Assembly: GCA_051362555.1 (NCBI GenBank)
Contig: CM120643.1
Location: 13,676,644 to 13,740,643 of the forward strand
Source: Lingula anatina
Lineage: Eukaryota > Animalia > Brachiopoda
Direction of reading: 5' to 3'
Length of the DNA: 64,000 nucleotides
Shown here: in pieces, positions 1-12,596 of the stretch
Layout: every line of letters begins with the position of its first letter
Numbering within the stretch: the stretch's first letter is position 1
The notes under the pieces: generated by a model
Databases searched by the model: none
Told to the model about the DNA's origin: nothing
What the model saw: only the letters and a program-made list of their open reading frames with translations
Translations under genes and position numbers: made by a program

Positions 1-1344
1 GAGTGCCTGAAATATGGAAGACAGCAACCATCATACCTGTGCCAAAAAGTAAAACTGTAGAGAATTTAAATGATCTCCGTCCTGTTGCTTTGACACCGGT
101 GCCTATGAAGATATTCGAAAAACTTGTTCTGTCTTTTATTAAAACCTTAGTGCCAAATAGCTTTGATCCACTCCAATTTGCCTACCGCAGTAACAGAAGT
201 GTAGACGATGCTCTTTCTATGTGTTTACACAAAGTTCTCGAACATCTTGATTGTAAAAATGCCTATGTTAGAATTTTATTTGTTGACTATAGCTCAGCAT
301 TTAATACTATTGTACCAAGCAAATTGTATTTTAAACTTTTGGATGATCTTAATTTTCCACCAGCACTCTGCGATTGGATTTTAGATTTTCTTTTAAACAG
401 AAAACAGTCAGTAAAAGTCGGTTTTAACTTCTCGGACACTATAGTTTTAAACACTGGCACACCCCAGGGCTGCGTCTTATCACCTTGTTTATATACGTTA
501 TTCACCCACGACTGTGTGGCGAGGGAGGAAAATACATTTTTAATGAAGTTTGCCGATGACACAACTTTAGTCGGCTTGATACACCATAATGATGAGATGT
601 CATACAGGCAGTCGGTTACAAGTTTAGTAAATTGGTGCACAGACAATGACTTGATATTAAATGTGAGCAAAACAAAAGAAATGATCATAGACTTCAGAAG
701 AAATCAGATAAGTAAAAATCCCTTGGAAGTTAACGGTAAAGCGGTCGAACAGGTTTCTAATTATAAATTACTAGGGGTTCAGCTGAATAATAGGTTAACC
801 TGGGGCGATAACATCACGAAGCTATTGAAAAAGGCACGTCAACGAATGTATTTCTTAAGGAAATTGAAAGCTTTTACCAGAAATGTGTTTATTTTAACGA
901 ACTTTTACAGGTGTGTTTTAGAGAGTATCTTAACTTATTCAGTAACTGTTTGGTATGGACGTGCAACTGTGGAGGAGAGGAACAAGTTGGAAAAGATCGT
1001 CGAAACTGCAGGGATTGTAATTGGAACAGATCTAACTCCCGTCCATACTATATATCTAGACAGGACTAAAAAGAAAACATTATCAATAATGACAGACAGT
1101 TCCCATCCAGCCCATACCCTTTTTAAATTTTTACCTAGCAATTCGAGACTCTTAGCTTTTAAGGGTAGTAAGCGATTTTTAAATAGCTTTTATCCTTCGG
1201 CAGTAACTATTTTTAACTCTAACATGTAATTTTAATTTTCATTTTTTTATATTTCAATGGCGCTACTACAGGGCAAAAGATTCCCGATTTTATACATTTG
1301 TATTTTATTGGCTTAATAAATTATTATTATTATTATTATTATTA
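1..1344 (+). mobile_element. 3' part of a non-LTR retrotransposon (Rex1/Babar-like, CR1/L2 group) with short 3' UTR and (TTA)n tail; cut by the window edge
   Basis: RT ORF to 1229, AATAAA at 1315-1320, (TTA)8 tail at 1321-1344 abutting a TRPV-like gene fragment. Confidence 0.9.
3..1229 (+). CDS. Reverse transcriptase domain and C-terminal region of LINE ORF2 (5'-partial)
   Basis: Motifs [44 protein letters not shown]-terminal DSSHPAH...LPS...RFLNSFYP; no stops in 408 codons. Confidence 0.95.
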   Translation: MPEIWKTATIIPVPKSKTVENLNDLRPVALTPVPMKIFEKLVLSFIKTLVPNSFDPLQFAYRSNRSVDDALSMCLHKVLEHLDCKNAYVRILFVDYSSAFNTIVPSKLYFKLLDDLNFPPALCDWILDFLLNRKQSVKVGFNFSDTIVLNTGTPQGCVLSPCLYTLFTHDCVAREENTFLMKFADDTTLVGLIHHNDEMSYRQSVTSLVNWCTDNDLILNVSKTKEMIIDFRRNQISKNPLEVNGKAVEQVSNYKLLGVQLNNRLTWGDNITKLLKKARQRMYFLRKLKAFTRNVFILTNFYRCVLESILTYSVTVWYGRATVEERNKLEKIVETAGIVIGTDLTPVHTIYLDRTKKKTLSIMTDSSHPAHTLFKFLPSNSRLLAFKGSKRFLNSFYPSAVTIFNSNM

Positions 1345-1449
1345 TCCTGGCAATGGTAAAGAACGTTTATCAGCTGGTGAAACGTCCAGGTAAACAGGTT
1401 TATTTGATGGCGTATCATTACTTGGGTGGACTGAACGTCTGGTCCCCAT
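1345..1449 (-). pseudogene. 5' fragment (34 codons) of a TRPV-like paralog interrupted by the LINE
   Basis: Translates MGTRRSVHPSNDTPSNKPVYLDVSPADKRSLPLP, matching the N-terminus of 5914-7803 (METRCSVHPSNDTPSNKPVYLDVSPHNECLLPLP); same upstream splice acceptor near 1510. Confidence 0.88.
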
Positions 1450-4400
1450 CAGGATGTGATATTTTTCTTAGTTTCCTTTATAAGTGAAATACACGTATTA
1501 TGGAACGATCTGGAAACAAAGAGATAAAATAATTTCTCGATTTTTTGCAAAAAGTTATGTTTTATACAATTTGTACGCTTGTGTTAATCGAATTGTGCAA
1601 TCCGTTGAATTCAGAGAATATTGTAGCTTGAATGCATGCTATTGTAAGAAAAAAAGGGGAAGGTGGGACTAGTCCGCCCCGGGGCAAGTCCGCACACCCA
1701 CTTAGTTCGAAAGTGAAACAAGAAAATTCACCCTCCGTCATTTTGAGAGGATATTTGCAAGCGTAATGAAACAAAAATGACGGCTACAACGCAGATAAAA
1801 CGTGACTCGCAAACCAGAACTCATTTTTCACCTTGAAAACTAATTTTTAGAGTGTAAATTTGGCGTCTATTTTTGTGAGTTTAGATTTACAGTTATTCAT
1901 TTTTATAAATATGATGCAGAATGCAGAATGAAAATAAAGCTTGTAATATTTCGGTCAAAGCGAAGGTGCTTTTGTTGGTTCTGTTGTTATTATGTTCAGT
2001 TTTATTTCAAGTTGTCTGCATGCATTGCTGACTGCCTAAGGTAACAGTTCTTCTGTTACTCAGTTCTTTACAGTAAAATGCACAGAAATGGGTAAAACTA
2101 TATATCTTTTTCTTTTGGATTCTAGTATGCATGTGAACTTGCCCCACGGGGTGTGCAAACTTGCCCTTGGACTTGTACAAGACATGTTAAAACTGAATAT
2201 ACTTTGAGAAATTATCAGCGGACTTCTGATACTTAAAGCACAATTAAAGTGTATAAATGCGCTTTCTTCTGAAAAAATCTAGAAACCTGATGATAATAAT
2301 TTTGATAATAGATTTTCTTTATGAATACACAGAGAAATGCACATTAAACTACATGCATCTCTCATGCTTTTCCGCTTATGAGTCCACTTTCTCTGTCAGC
2401 CAAACATTTTGTTCTACATAAAGTTATTCTTCTGTGACATTTATATACCTGAACATATATTTTCGTGACTGTTTTCAGTAACCTACATACTGCGTTTCTT
2501 TCCTGGTACATGACACCCTTACCTGCGTCCAAGTTGTGCGGCGTGTCGCAAAATTGGTCTACAGCTTGCATTCCCACCGCAGATGTTTTCAAATACCAAA
2601 TACGGCACCGCTTTATGTAGCACATTAAGGTGGATCAATACCTTACAATGAGTAGCTTTAACTTGACAACATAAATATGTGTCATTACCTCTTGTATGCA
2701 AACCTAGAGATGTTATATGATATATTCTTTATTCGGTTAAAGGGTTTTTTTTTCTTTTTTTTTTTTTTGCTTGTGAAATGTGGGTACTTCCTCTCTGCAT
2801 GTATGTAAAGCAATATAGTTCCTCTCCATCGCGTTATACCCTGTATGCCTTGCACACCTTATGCAGCCGATCGAGGTGTCCTGGCATATATTGCTCGAGT
2901 GACAGCGCGTTATCACAAACATAGAGATAGTGACTTCTGTATCGGTGCCGGACAACGGTGATGTAATATACGCCTCAAACGTGTAACAATGAATAGTCAC
3001 ATGGGTGTGTTTCTAATGACATTAATCAACTTTAAAGATAAATGATCTCCATTAGTAAATAGATCTTTGTTGATTAAACAGTCACGTTTTGTGAAGTCTG
3101 CCAATTAAAGAGCGTCTGCTAATGGATATGAAAGCAAATAGGCCTACCGCTAATTGATCTACTTATCTGTTTAAGTCAGCTAGTGCCCCATTGTCTGAAA
3201 TTACTGTTACCGCACATTTGGGATCAATTGTTTCAACGAATGTTGACAATTGCAATACAAATCTCGAAACCTGTATCTTTAAACAGTAGTAAATTTTTTG
3301 GTAGCTTGATTGGAATTGATTTAACTCTTCATTGAAATTCCATAGACATTGAATCTTAAAAAACGCTGAAATTTTGAACGATAACGTAGTTTCAGTTGAA
3401 CTTAAGTACGTATTTCTCCAAAACCTGATAATTCCAGATAGCACGTTTTGTAATTGCACACAGCGCTTAATCGTACTTGTAACGCAGTTTTGAAGAGCTT
3501 AATAATAATAATAATAATAATAGTAATAATAATAATAATTACTAATATTATCTTTTATTTTTAAAGACGTTTCTTTTGTCAAGACTCTTTTTGGTCTGTT
3601 GGCATCAGAATAGTAAAACATCAAAATGCACAATCAATTACACTACACTAGTGCTTTCTCAAAACTAGAATATATCATACCTAAAGTTTGTCCCAGAGCA
3701 AAGAGATTCTTCCTTGCTGACGTCTGAGTTAATGGCCATATGTTCATTTTATATTCAGAATCAAATTCAAAATCCATTGTAACTGGAATTGGGACTTATG
3801 TTGCATATTTCTATGTCAGTTACTGGCACCATTATATTTACCAAAAAGTTATACAGGGATTGCGTTTATTCTTGCTCAAAAAAGATCAACTCAAGGTATG
3901 TTGAAGAAGATTTGTACAGAAATAAAAAGAAGTATAGGTTGTGGATGTGTCTGGATATACCGCTATATATCTGACATACATTTTACTGATTTGTTTCCTT
4001 CATCTGTCTCTATAACATGGGACCAAAAGATTCTGTTAAGATACACTGATATGAAAGCCTCCTTCTTTTCCCCAAATTGCAGTTACTTGATAAAGTAACG
4101 AAATTTAAGTGGTGGCATATCATTTCGATGATTCATTGTAAATGATTCGTGGACTGTATTAGCAGATATATGTTAATTCAATAGCAATTTCTGAATTGAT
4201 GAAAAAACACGTGTTCAGCTGCATGACACGATAGCGATGAATCTGAGAATTTAATACTTGAAATTGTTGTGCTATCATGTGCTATCCACACAATGAAAAA
4301 AATAAATGAAAGCAAAGAAAGGGAAATGTATTAGGGTTTTCATTTTATTTTTCAAAGTGTGAAAAGAACCAATTTTCGTGAAGTTCTAATAAAAAAGAAA

Positions 4401-5913
4401 ATGGAGAGCGTGTTTCTATGCCTTGCGCGTAAAATTCACATTTCATGCTCTCATCAAAATTGGTCTAATTTTCATAATAATATATTTATACTGTATATAC
4501 AGTCTATGTGTTTAATAAAAGTACACGTGAAACAAAATACACATGTAAGTTCTTTTTCAAAAGATTTAAGTTCTGTTTTGAATGTAATTAGTGTGCGCTA
4601 ATAAAATATTGGCAAACAGCGCACGTAAGTTTATTTCCAGAAACTTCTCCGTTTCTAATTCATATTTTTAATGTATTCTTATTCCACAAATAAAAATAAA
4701 ATGCCCCAAACGACTTGTTATTGCTTTTCTTAGTATATGCATTGCCGCTGTAATTTTCTAACCGAAAAGTAATGTTTCTTCTTGAATCTTTATTTCGAGT
4801 TCTTAAAAAAGAAATGTACGAAAAGCAAGATACATGTAGTACAATTTATTCTGGATATAAGAAATGCATGCAATTATTAATGCATGTTATCGTTTAAAAG
4901 CGCGTTATCTTGAAGAATGTTTGTCCTTCATCTGCAAGAAGCACTTGTTAGGGAAGTTGCATAAACACACAACGACAAAACTTTATATCTAATACACATA
5001 GCAGAGAGGACAATCTGTATAACGAGTGCTTGTTCGAGAAAATATAACGCTAACATTAAATTGAGAAAGAAGCAGGAAAGGACGTAGTATGAAAATACGT
5101 TTCAATATTACACAAAGAAGAACGTGATATACATGTTGAAAAAATATACATTCATGGATATTACATTTATGAACATTTTCTCGAAATAAAGTATCAGTGA
5201 CTATATCTAAATTATTATTTACTGAAAGTGTTCATAATTTCCATCATTCGGTAAAGTATAGTTTGCCAATTTCGTTTCTTGTAACTTGCTTCTGTCCTGT
5301 ACAGTATTTCCAGTATAATTAAATGCACAGAAAACAACATATTTTAAACAATTATGTCGCAACTTTAAATTGTGAAGCAAAATAGCGATTATAAGGTCCT
5401 GGCGTTACGAGGCTTCAAATGTGATCCTGACTTTCTTTATCGGTCCTCAGAGTACCAAATCTGGTCTTCTTGCTTATCAGGACTAAAGACACTTTCAAAA
5501 GCGATCCAGTTTTGCCTAACAGATTTACTTTCATGCAGGTACTGTCTGCACTGCACTTAAAATTAACATGTTAGAATGGAATGGAAGCGTTCCATCAGTC
5601 AGCATTGCAACACTTGCTCTTAAATTGTGAGATTGTCCTCATTAAAAAGTTCAAATTTTATAACTAAATTGGATTCAAGCCATAAATTGTTACATTCACA
5701 CATACATGCATACATTAATAGATATATGAATAGTTAAAAATAAAAACGGTTTATTATACATGTATCATGATGTTCGGAGCTTCAAAATTGGTCCCAAAAT
5801 TGTATTTCGCTTTCTCGTTTGTTCAGCCTCAAATACATTTTACACAAAACTGACCAGTCTTATCTCGCTGAGAGATCTTTTGCAAAAGTCCCGCAAAAAG
5901 CCTGCAGATATAG

Positions 5914-7803
5914 TTATTCGTCCTCGTCCTCATCTATCATATTATTCCTGTTCAGAGAGTCAGCGTTAATGGATAATCGTTCGAATTCGTCCAAACTATA
6001 CCAGACTCTGAGGTACCATCTATCGTCAGTGTTGACATAGCCTGACACGTTCAGACACCTTCGATAACAGAAACAATTGGCTTTGACTGCACTATTATGA
6101 TATATTGCAAGCTTCTGTAAAATATCAACAATTTCTTTGTGCGCGTGGAGCTCTGACACTGTGTTCGACATTGTACCAATCAAAAAATTCATTAAAAGGA
6201 CTGCAACGAATAAAATGTATATAATGTGCAAAACCACAAGTACGTGCATTTCTGGTGTGTCAGGGTCTGTTAGGGCTACAACGTCCACCATATTGAGCAT
6301 GATCTTGAACGTTGAATAAAACGACAGACCAAGGCTACTGAAGTTATCTTCACAAAAGGGAAGGAGCAAAGAGAAAAACATAAGACTGAATGTCCATATG
6401 AAAATGCCTAATAGTAACAAGAATTTTGTTAAGTCGCCCAACATGCGCTCAAAAACCAATACGTAATGCCCTATTTTTGGAAGGAGCTGCATGTAATAAA
6501 GAAAAATCCACAAGTTTAACAATATTAAAATACTCTGCAACATATATGCGACAAATAGCCATGGGCTGTCATCACCGAGGAAAACCAGCACAAAAAGGGC
6601 TATCATACATATGCTTTGCAAAAAAATGACAACGTCCTGGCTGTATATGGAAACAACATTTTTTCTGCCCAAAGAGAGTATTATTTTTCTGTAACCAAAG
6701 CCCTCTTTTCCTTTCGAACTAGCGTTAGAAATAAACAACTTAATTTTTTGGCCAGCGATAAAAATACTTACTCCCAAAAAGAAATAGAGATAAAGTGACA
6801 ACAAGGTCCGGAGGAAGGAGAAAAAAGGATCTGAACCCAAATTCTTACAGTCAACAGTGATGAAAGACTCATTCCCTGTGCCCGACCCATTTGTCGCTGA
6901 AATGTTGTACCAATACTTTTGAAAAGATTGCTCGTGCACGTTATTCAAACGCAATCCAATCACAAGCATCCAGAACATTATACCAAACAGGATCTCACCA
7001 AAAACCTCATGAATCAGAAAAAGTCTCACCATTTTAGCATAAACCTGTGTCCAAGCCTTGATGAGGGGAGACTCCAAAAAAGCTTTGGTTTCATTATTCT
7101 TTAAATGGAATTCTTCGAGATATATCAAATGAATGAAAGGGCACTTTGAAGACCGGCAACCGGAAGTGACGTGGTAATCTGTGATATCATACCACACTTG
7201 CTGTTGCAGTGCTGGAGATGGCTTAGGGTACATGTAAACACCTTCCGTGTTGAGAATAGTCGTCATAAGCGGCAGTGTTCCAAGGACTGATGTCAACTCA
7301 AGTGGGCGCAACCCAAGGTCGTTCTCCTGGAATAGCAGTTTTCTTAGTGTAATGAACGGTACATGTGATTCCAGAATCTTGTAAATCTGCTGATATTGTT
7401 CCATGCGTCCTTCCCACAGTTTACCGGCCCATACCAAAGTGTGGATGATGTTATTTCTAGATTCTGATGATTCTAGGTCAATTCCAGCTGATATCAGCAA
7501 GCGGAAACATCGGATGGAACCTCGCATTACGGCGATCATCAGAGGAAGGCAAAATGTCGGACATTCTTTGCTCAAACTAGGTGCTGGATCGTGTTGAATG
7601 TCAAATGGACAATTGATAACGCCTCTGTCGATGGTCAGTAAAAATCCGCTTAGTTTTTCGTGGTCATCTTGCAGTAAAGCCTGCAAAAAGGTCTCGTTTT
7701 CTGGCAATGGCAAAAGACATTCATTATGTGGTGAAACGTCCAGGTAAACGGGTTTATTTGATGGCGTGTCATTACTTGGGTGAACTGAACATCTCGTCTC
7801 CAT
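5914..7803 (-). CDS. TRPV-like cation channel (short ankyrin-like N-terminus, 6 TM), single coding exon, 629 aa
   Basis: NNIIHTLV and ENDLGLRPLEL ankyrin-like motifs; S4-S5 YYMQLLPKIGHYVLVFERMLGDLTKF; pore helix SFYSTFKIMLNMVD; S6 LLMNFLIGTMSNTV; splice acceptor at 7856-7858. Confidence 0.88.
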   Translation of the reverse strand: METRCSVHPSNDTPSNKPVYLDVSPHNECLLPLPENETFLQALLQDDHEKLSGFLLTIDRGVINCPFDIQHDPAPSLSKECPTFCLPLMIAVMRGSIRCFRLLISAGIDLESSESRNNIIHTLVWAGKLWEGRMEQYQQIYKILESHVPFITLRKLLFQENDLGLRPLELTSVLGTLPLMTTILNTEGVYMYPKPSPALQQQVWYDITDYHVTSGCRSSKCPFIHLIYLEEFHLKNNETKAFLESPLIKAWTQVYAKMVRLFLIHEVFGEILFGIMFWMLVIGLRLNNVHEQSFQKYWYNISATNGSGTGNESFITVDCKNLGSDPFFSFLRTLLSLYLYFFLGVSIFIAGQKIKLFISNASSKGKEGFGYRKIILSLGRKNVVSIYSQDVVIFLQSICMIALFVLVFLGDDSPWLFVAYMLQSILILLNLWIFLYYMQLLPKIGHYVLVFERMLGDLTKFLLLLGIFIWTFSLMFFSLLLPFCEDNFSSLGLSFYSTFKIMLNMVDVVALTDPDTPEMHVLVVLHIIYILFVAVLLMNFLIGTMSNTVSELHAHKEIVDILQKLAIYHNSAVKANCFCYRRCLNVSGYVNTDDRWYLRVWYSLDEFERLSINADSLNRNNMIDEDEDE

Positions 7804-7940
7804 CAGGATGTGATATTTTTGTTAGTTTTTTAAAAGTGAAGTTTTATGGAACGATCTGGAAGCAAAGAGATACAATAATTTCTTGGCTTTTTGCAAAAAG
7901 TTAAAACATTTGCGTTTATTAGAGTGTGCAAACCGTTGCC

Positions 7941-8273
7941 TTAAAGGGATAATAACTCTTCACTCTGCCCCAAAAATGAATATTCCTGCAGTAAACAACA
8001 ATTTCCCATACTGAGGCTATCAATGGTTAATGAATCTATTTTTACATTCAAAGTTAGTCCCTATTTTTTGTTCTAAAAAGTTTATTTTTTTGTTATAATC
8101 TCTTAAGAGATTATAACAGAGTATAGCCATCAATGGAGGTCACGTGGTCTAAAGGCAAGCTCAGATATTAGAATCATAGCTATAACTGCCTTTTTTGTGG
8201 TAAAACAGAATATATTATATTTCTATGAGTTGTTCTCAAATAGATCTCATACGAAGAGTTATTATCCCTTTAA
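7941..8273. mobile_element. MITE with TTAA ends (Kolobok-like termini TTAA|AGGG...CCCT|TTAA)
   Basis: Perfect 21-bp inverted repeat ttaaagggataataactcttc (7941-7961) / gaagagttattatccctttaa (8253-8273); absent from the paralogous site near 1610. Confidence 0.85.
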
Positions 8274-11200
8274 CAGAACATTGTAACTCGAAAACAAATT
8301 ATTGTAAGAAAAGAAGGGGAGGTCGGCACACCCACTTATCTCCAAAGTAAAACAATGAAATTAACCCTCCGTCAGTTTGAATGGTTACAAGATATGTGCA
8401 AGCGTAATAAAACAAAAAATAGGGGCAATGCAGATAAAGCGTGACTCGCCAGCCAGAACTAATTTTTACATTGGAAAGTAGTCTCTTTTTGTTGTTTATT
8501 TTTTTGTGAGTTTAGTATAGTCATTTTTATGTACAATATGTATCTTGTGTAGGATTTATGCCCTTTACTGTGACAAATTCTTACTTTGGATAAGCCTTGC
8601 AAGTATTATGCAATCACATGGTTAACAAAAAAGTCCCTTTTGAGGAAAGCCGCCCCTAGTTCGCCCCTTGGCATTTTTTATATGGCATAACGGTGACTAT
8701 AATGGAGAATAGAGAAATCGACACTTTCGTTCTAATGTAATTACTTAATCTTTATCAGCTTTTGAGGTAGTTGATTTGTTGTTAATTGACACATTAGAGA
8801 TAGAAATTGCTTTGAAAATAAATCTTGTAATATTTCGGTCAAAGCGACTGTGCTTTTGTTGGTTCTGTTGTTATTAAGCTCAGATTTATTTCAAGAAGGT
8901 GTAGCCTAAGGTACAGGTAACAGTGCTATTGTTACTCAGTTATATCGAGTTAAATGCATAGGAATGGGTAAAACTGTTTTTTTTCTTTTGGATTCTAGTA
9001 TGCGTGCGAACTTGCCCCACGGGGTGTGAAAACTTGCCCTTGGGCTTGGACAAGACATTTTAAATTGAATTTACTTTGAAAAAAAAAAAATGATTACAGT
9101 GAACTTCTGATACTTATACCACAATAAAAGTATATGAATGCGCTTTCATCTGAAAAAATCTACAAGCCTGATAGTAATAGTATTCTTTCCATCCCAATTT
9201 TTATAGCCCCGCATTCCCCTACTCATCTTTGCGGATAGACCGTTTTATTTTAAATGCTGGAAATGTAATTAATATTTTAGATTTTCTCTATGAATACACA
9301 GAAAAATTTACATTAACTACCTATGCATCTCTCATGCTTTTCCATAAGCCCACTTTTTCTGTCAGCCAGATATTTTGTTCCACATAAAGTTATTTTTCTG
9401 TGGCATGTATACCTGAACATTTTCGTGACTGTTTAGTAACCTATAAATTGCGTTTCTTTCCTGGTACAAGATACCCTTACCTGCGTCTAAGTTGCACAGC
9501 CTGTAGCGAAATTGGTTTGCAGCTTGCATTCCCACCGCAGGTGTTTTCAAATATCGAATACGACACCCCTTTATGTAGCGCATTAAGGTGGATCAATACG
9601 TAACTATGGGTAGCTTTAACTTGGCAACATAAATATGTATCATAACCTCTTGTATGCAAATCTAGAGATGTTATGTGACATATGCTTTATTAAAGAGACA
9701 TTTATTGCTTGTGAAATGTGAGTACTTCTTCTCGGTATGTATGTAAAATAATACACTGCCTCCTTATCGCGATATATGCCTTGCACACCTCTTGCGGACA
9801 CTCGAGGTGTCCTGGCATATATCGCTCAGGTGACAGTGTATTATCACAAACATACAGATAGTGACTTCAGTATCGGTGCCGGACAACGGTGAAGTAATGC
9901 GCTTCAAACGTGTAACACTCTTGTCACAATGAATAGGGACACGGGCGTGTTTCTAATGACATTTAACAGCTTTAAAGATAAATGATTTCCATTACTAGAT
10001 ACATCTTTGTTGATTAAATAGTCACGTTTTGTGAAGTCTGCCAATTAAAGAGCGTCGGCTAATGGATATGAAAGCAAATACACTAATTGATCTATTTATC
10101 TGTTAAGTGAGCTGGTGCCCCATTGTCTGATATTACTGATACCGCACATTTGGAATCAATTGGTTGACAATTGTAATACAAATCTCAAAACCTGTATCTT
10201 TAAACAGTAGTCAATTTTTCGGTATCTTGATTGGAATTGATTTTACTCTTCATTGAAGTTTCATAGACATTGAATCTTGAAAAATGCTGAAATTTTGAAT
10301 GATAGCGTAGTTTCAGTCGAACTTAAGTACGTATTTCTCCAGTAACTGCTAATTCAAGATAGCATGTTTTGTAATTGCATGCACACAGCGCTAAATCGTA
10401 CTTGTAACGCAGTTTTGAAAACTTTATAATAATAAAAAAAATAATAATAATTACTAATATTATTATTTTTATTTTTAAAGACGTTTCTTTTGTCAAGACT
10501 CTTTTGGCCTGTTGGCATCAGAATAGAAAAACATCAAAATGCACAATCAATTACACTACACTAGTGCTTTCTCAAAACTAGAATATATCATACCTAAAGT
10601 TTGTCCCAGAGCAAAGAGATTCTTCCTTGCTGACGTCTGAGTTAATGGCCATATGTTCATTTTATATTCAGAATCAAATTCAAAATCCAATTATATTTGC
10701 CAGAAAGTTATACAGGAATTGCGTTTATTCTTGCTCAAAAAAGATGAACTCAAGGTATGTTGAAGAAGTTTGGACAGAAATGAAATAAAACTAGAGATTG
10801 TAGATGTGTCTGGATATACCCCTATATATCAATGATATCTGACATTCTTTTTACTGATTTGTTTCCTTTCTCTGTCTCTATAACAGCTCAGTTTAAATGG
10901 GGCCAAAAGATTCTGTTAAAATACACTGGCATGAAAGCCTCCTTCTTTTCCCCAAATTGCAGTTACTTGATAAAGTAACGAATTAAGTGGTGGCGTATCA
11001 TTTCGATGATTCATTGTTATTGATTCGTGAACTGTATTAGCAGATATATGTAAATTCAATAGCAATTTCTGAATTGATGAAAAAAGCACGTGTTCAGCAG
11101 CATGACACGATAGCGGTGAATCTGAGAATTTAATACTTGAAATTGTTGTGCTATCATGTGCTATTCACACAATGCAAAAGATAATTGAAGGCAAAGATAC

Positions 11201-12596
11201 GGAAATGTATTAGGTTTTTCATTTTATTTTTCAAAGTGTGAAAAGAACCGAAAACTTAATGTTATTGAAGTTCCAATAAAAAAGAAAACGGAGAGTGTGT
11301 TTCTATCTCTTGCGCGTAAAATTCGCATTTCATGCTCTAGTCAAAATTGGTCTAATTTTTACAGTAATATATTTATAATGTATATACAGTGTATGTGGTT
11401 AATAAAAGTATACATGAAACTGTTGACCTTAAGCTCAATAGATTCTATTTCAAAATAAATTCTTTGTTCAAAGACTTAATATCTGTTTTGAATGTAATTA
11501 CTGCGCGCTAATAAAATATTGGCAAACAGCGCGCGTAAGTTTATTTCCAGAAACGTCTTTGTTTCTGATTCATATTTTTAATGTATTCTTATTCCACAAA
11601 TAAAAAGCAAATGCCCCAAACGACTTGTTATTGCTTATCTAAGTTTATGCATTGCCGCTGTAGTTTTCTTACCGAAAAGAAAAGTTTCTTCTTTAAACTT
11701 TATTTCGGGTTCTTAAAAAAAGAAATGTACTAAAAACAAGATACATGTAGTACAATTTATTCTGGATATAAGAAATGCATACAATTTTTAATGCATGTTA
11801 TCGTTTAAAAGCGCGTTATCTTGAAGAATGTTTGTCCTTCATCTGCAAGAAGCACTTGTTAGGGAAGTTGCATAAACACAAAACGACAAAACTTTATATC
11901 TAATACACATAGCAGAAAGGACAATCTGTATAACGAGTGCTTGTTCGAGAAAATATAATGCTAACATTAAATTGAGATAGAAGCGGAAAAGGACGTAGTA
12001 TGAAAATACGTTTCAATATTAGACAAAGAAGTACGTGATATACATGTTGAAAAAAATATACATTCATGGATATTACATTTATGAACATTTTCTCAAAATA
12101 AAGTATCAGTGACTATATCTAAATTATTATCTATTAAAAGTGTTCCTAATTTCCATCATTCGGGTAAAGTATATATTTTGCCAATTTCATTTCTTGTAAC
12201 CCGCTTCATGTCCTGCACAGTATTTTCAGTATAATAAAATGCACAGAAAACAACATATTTTAAACAATGATGGAAGTGTAGACATTTCCCCTTTAATTTA
12301 ACAAGTACTCATATCAAAAGTTCAACTGTCGCAACTTTAAATTGTGAAGCAAAAAAGCGATTATAAGGTCCTGGTGTTACGAGGCTTCAAATTTGATCCT
12401 GATTTTCTTTATCGGTCCTCAGAGTACCAAATCTGGTCTTCTTGCTTATCAGGCCTAAAGACATTTTTCAAAAATGATCCAGTGTTGCCTAACAGATTTA
12501 CTTTCATTCTGGTAAAGAAATATTTGACTGCAGAGCGTTAATTATCGAACGCATCCATTCCATACTAACATGTTAATTCAAGTGAAGTGCAGACAG

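Noticed and set aside
3-1344. The Rex1-like LINE as the helper RT for the array
   Set aside because: No shared 3' end or tail; the array's fixed non-repetitive terminus and ribozyme point to a PLE-type helper not present in this window
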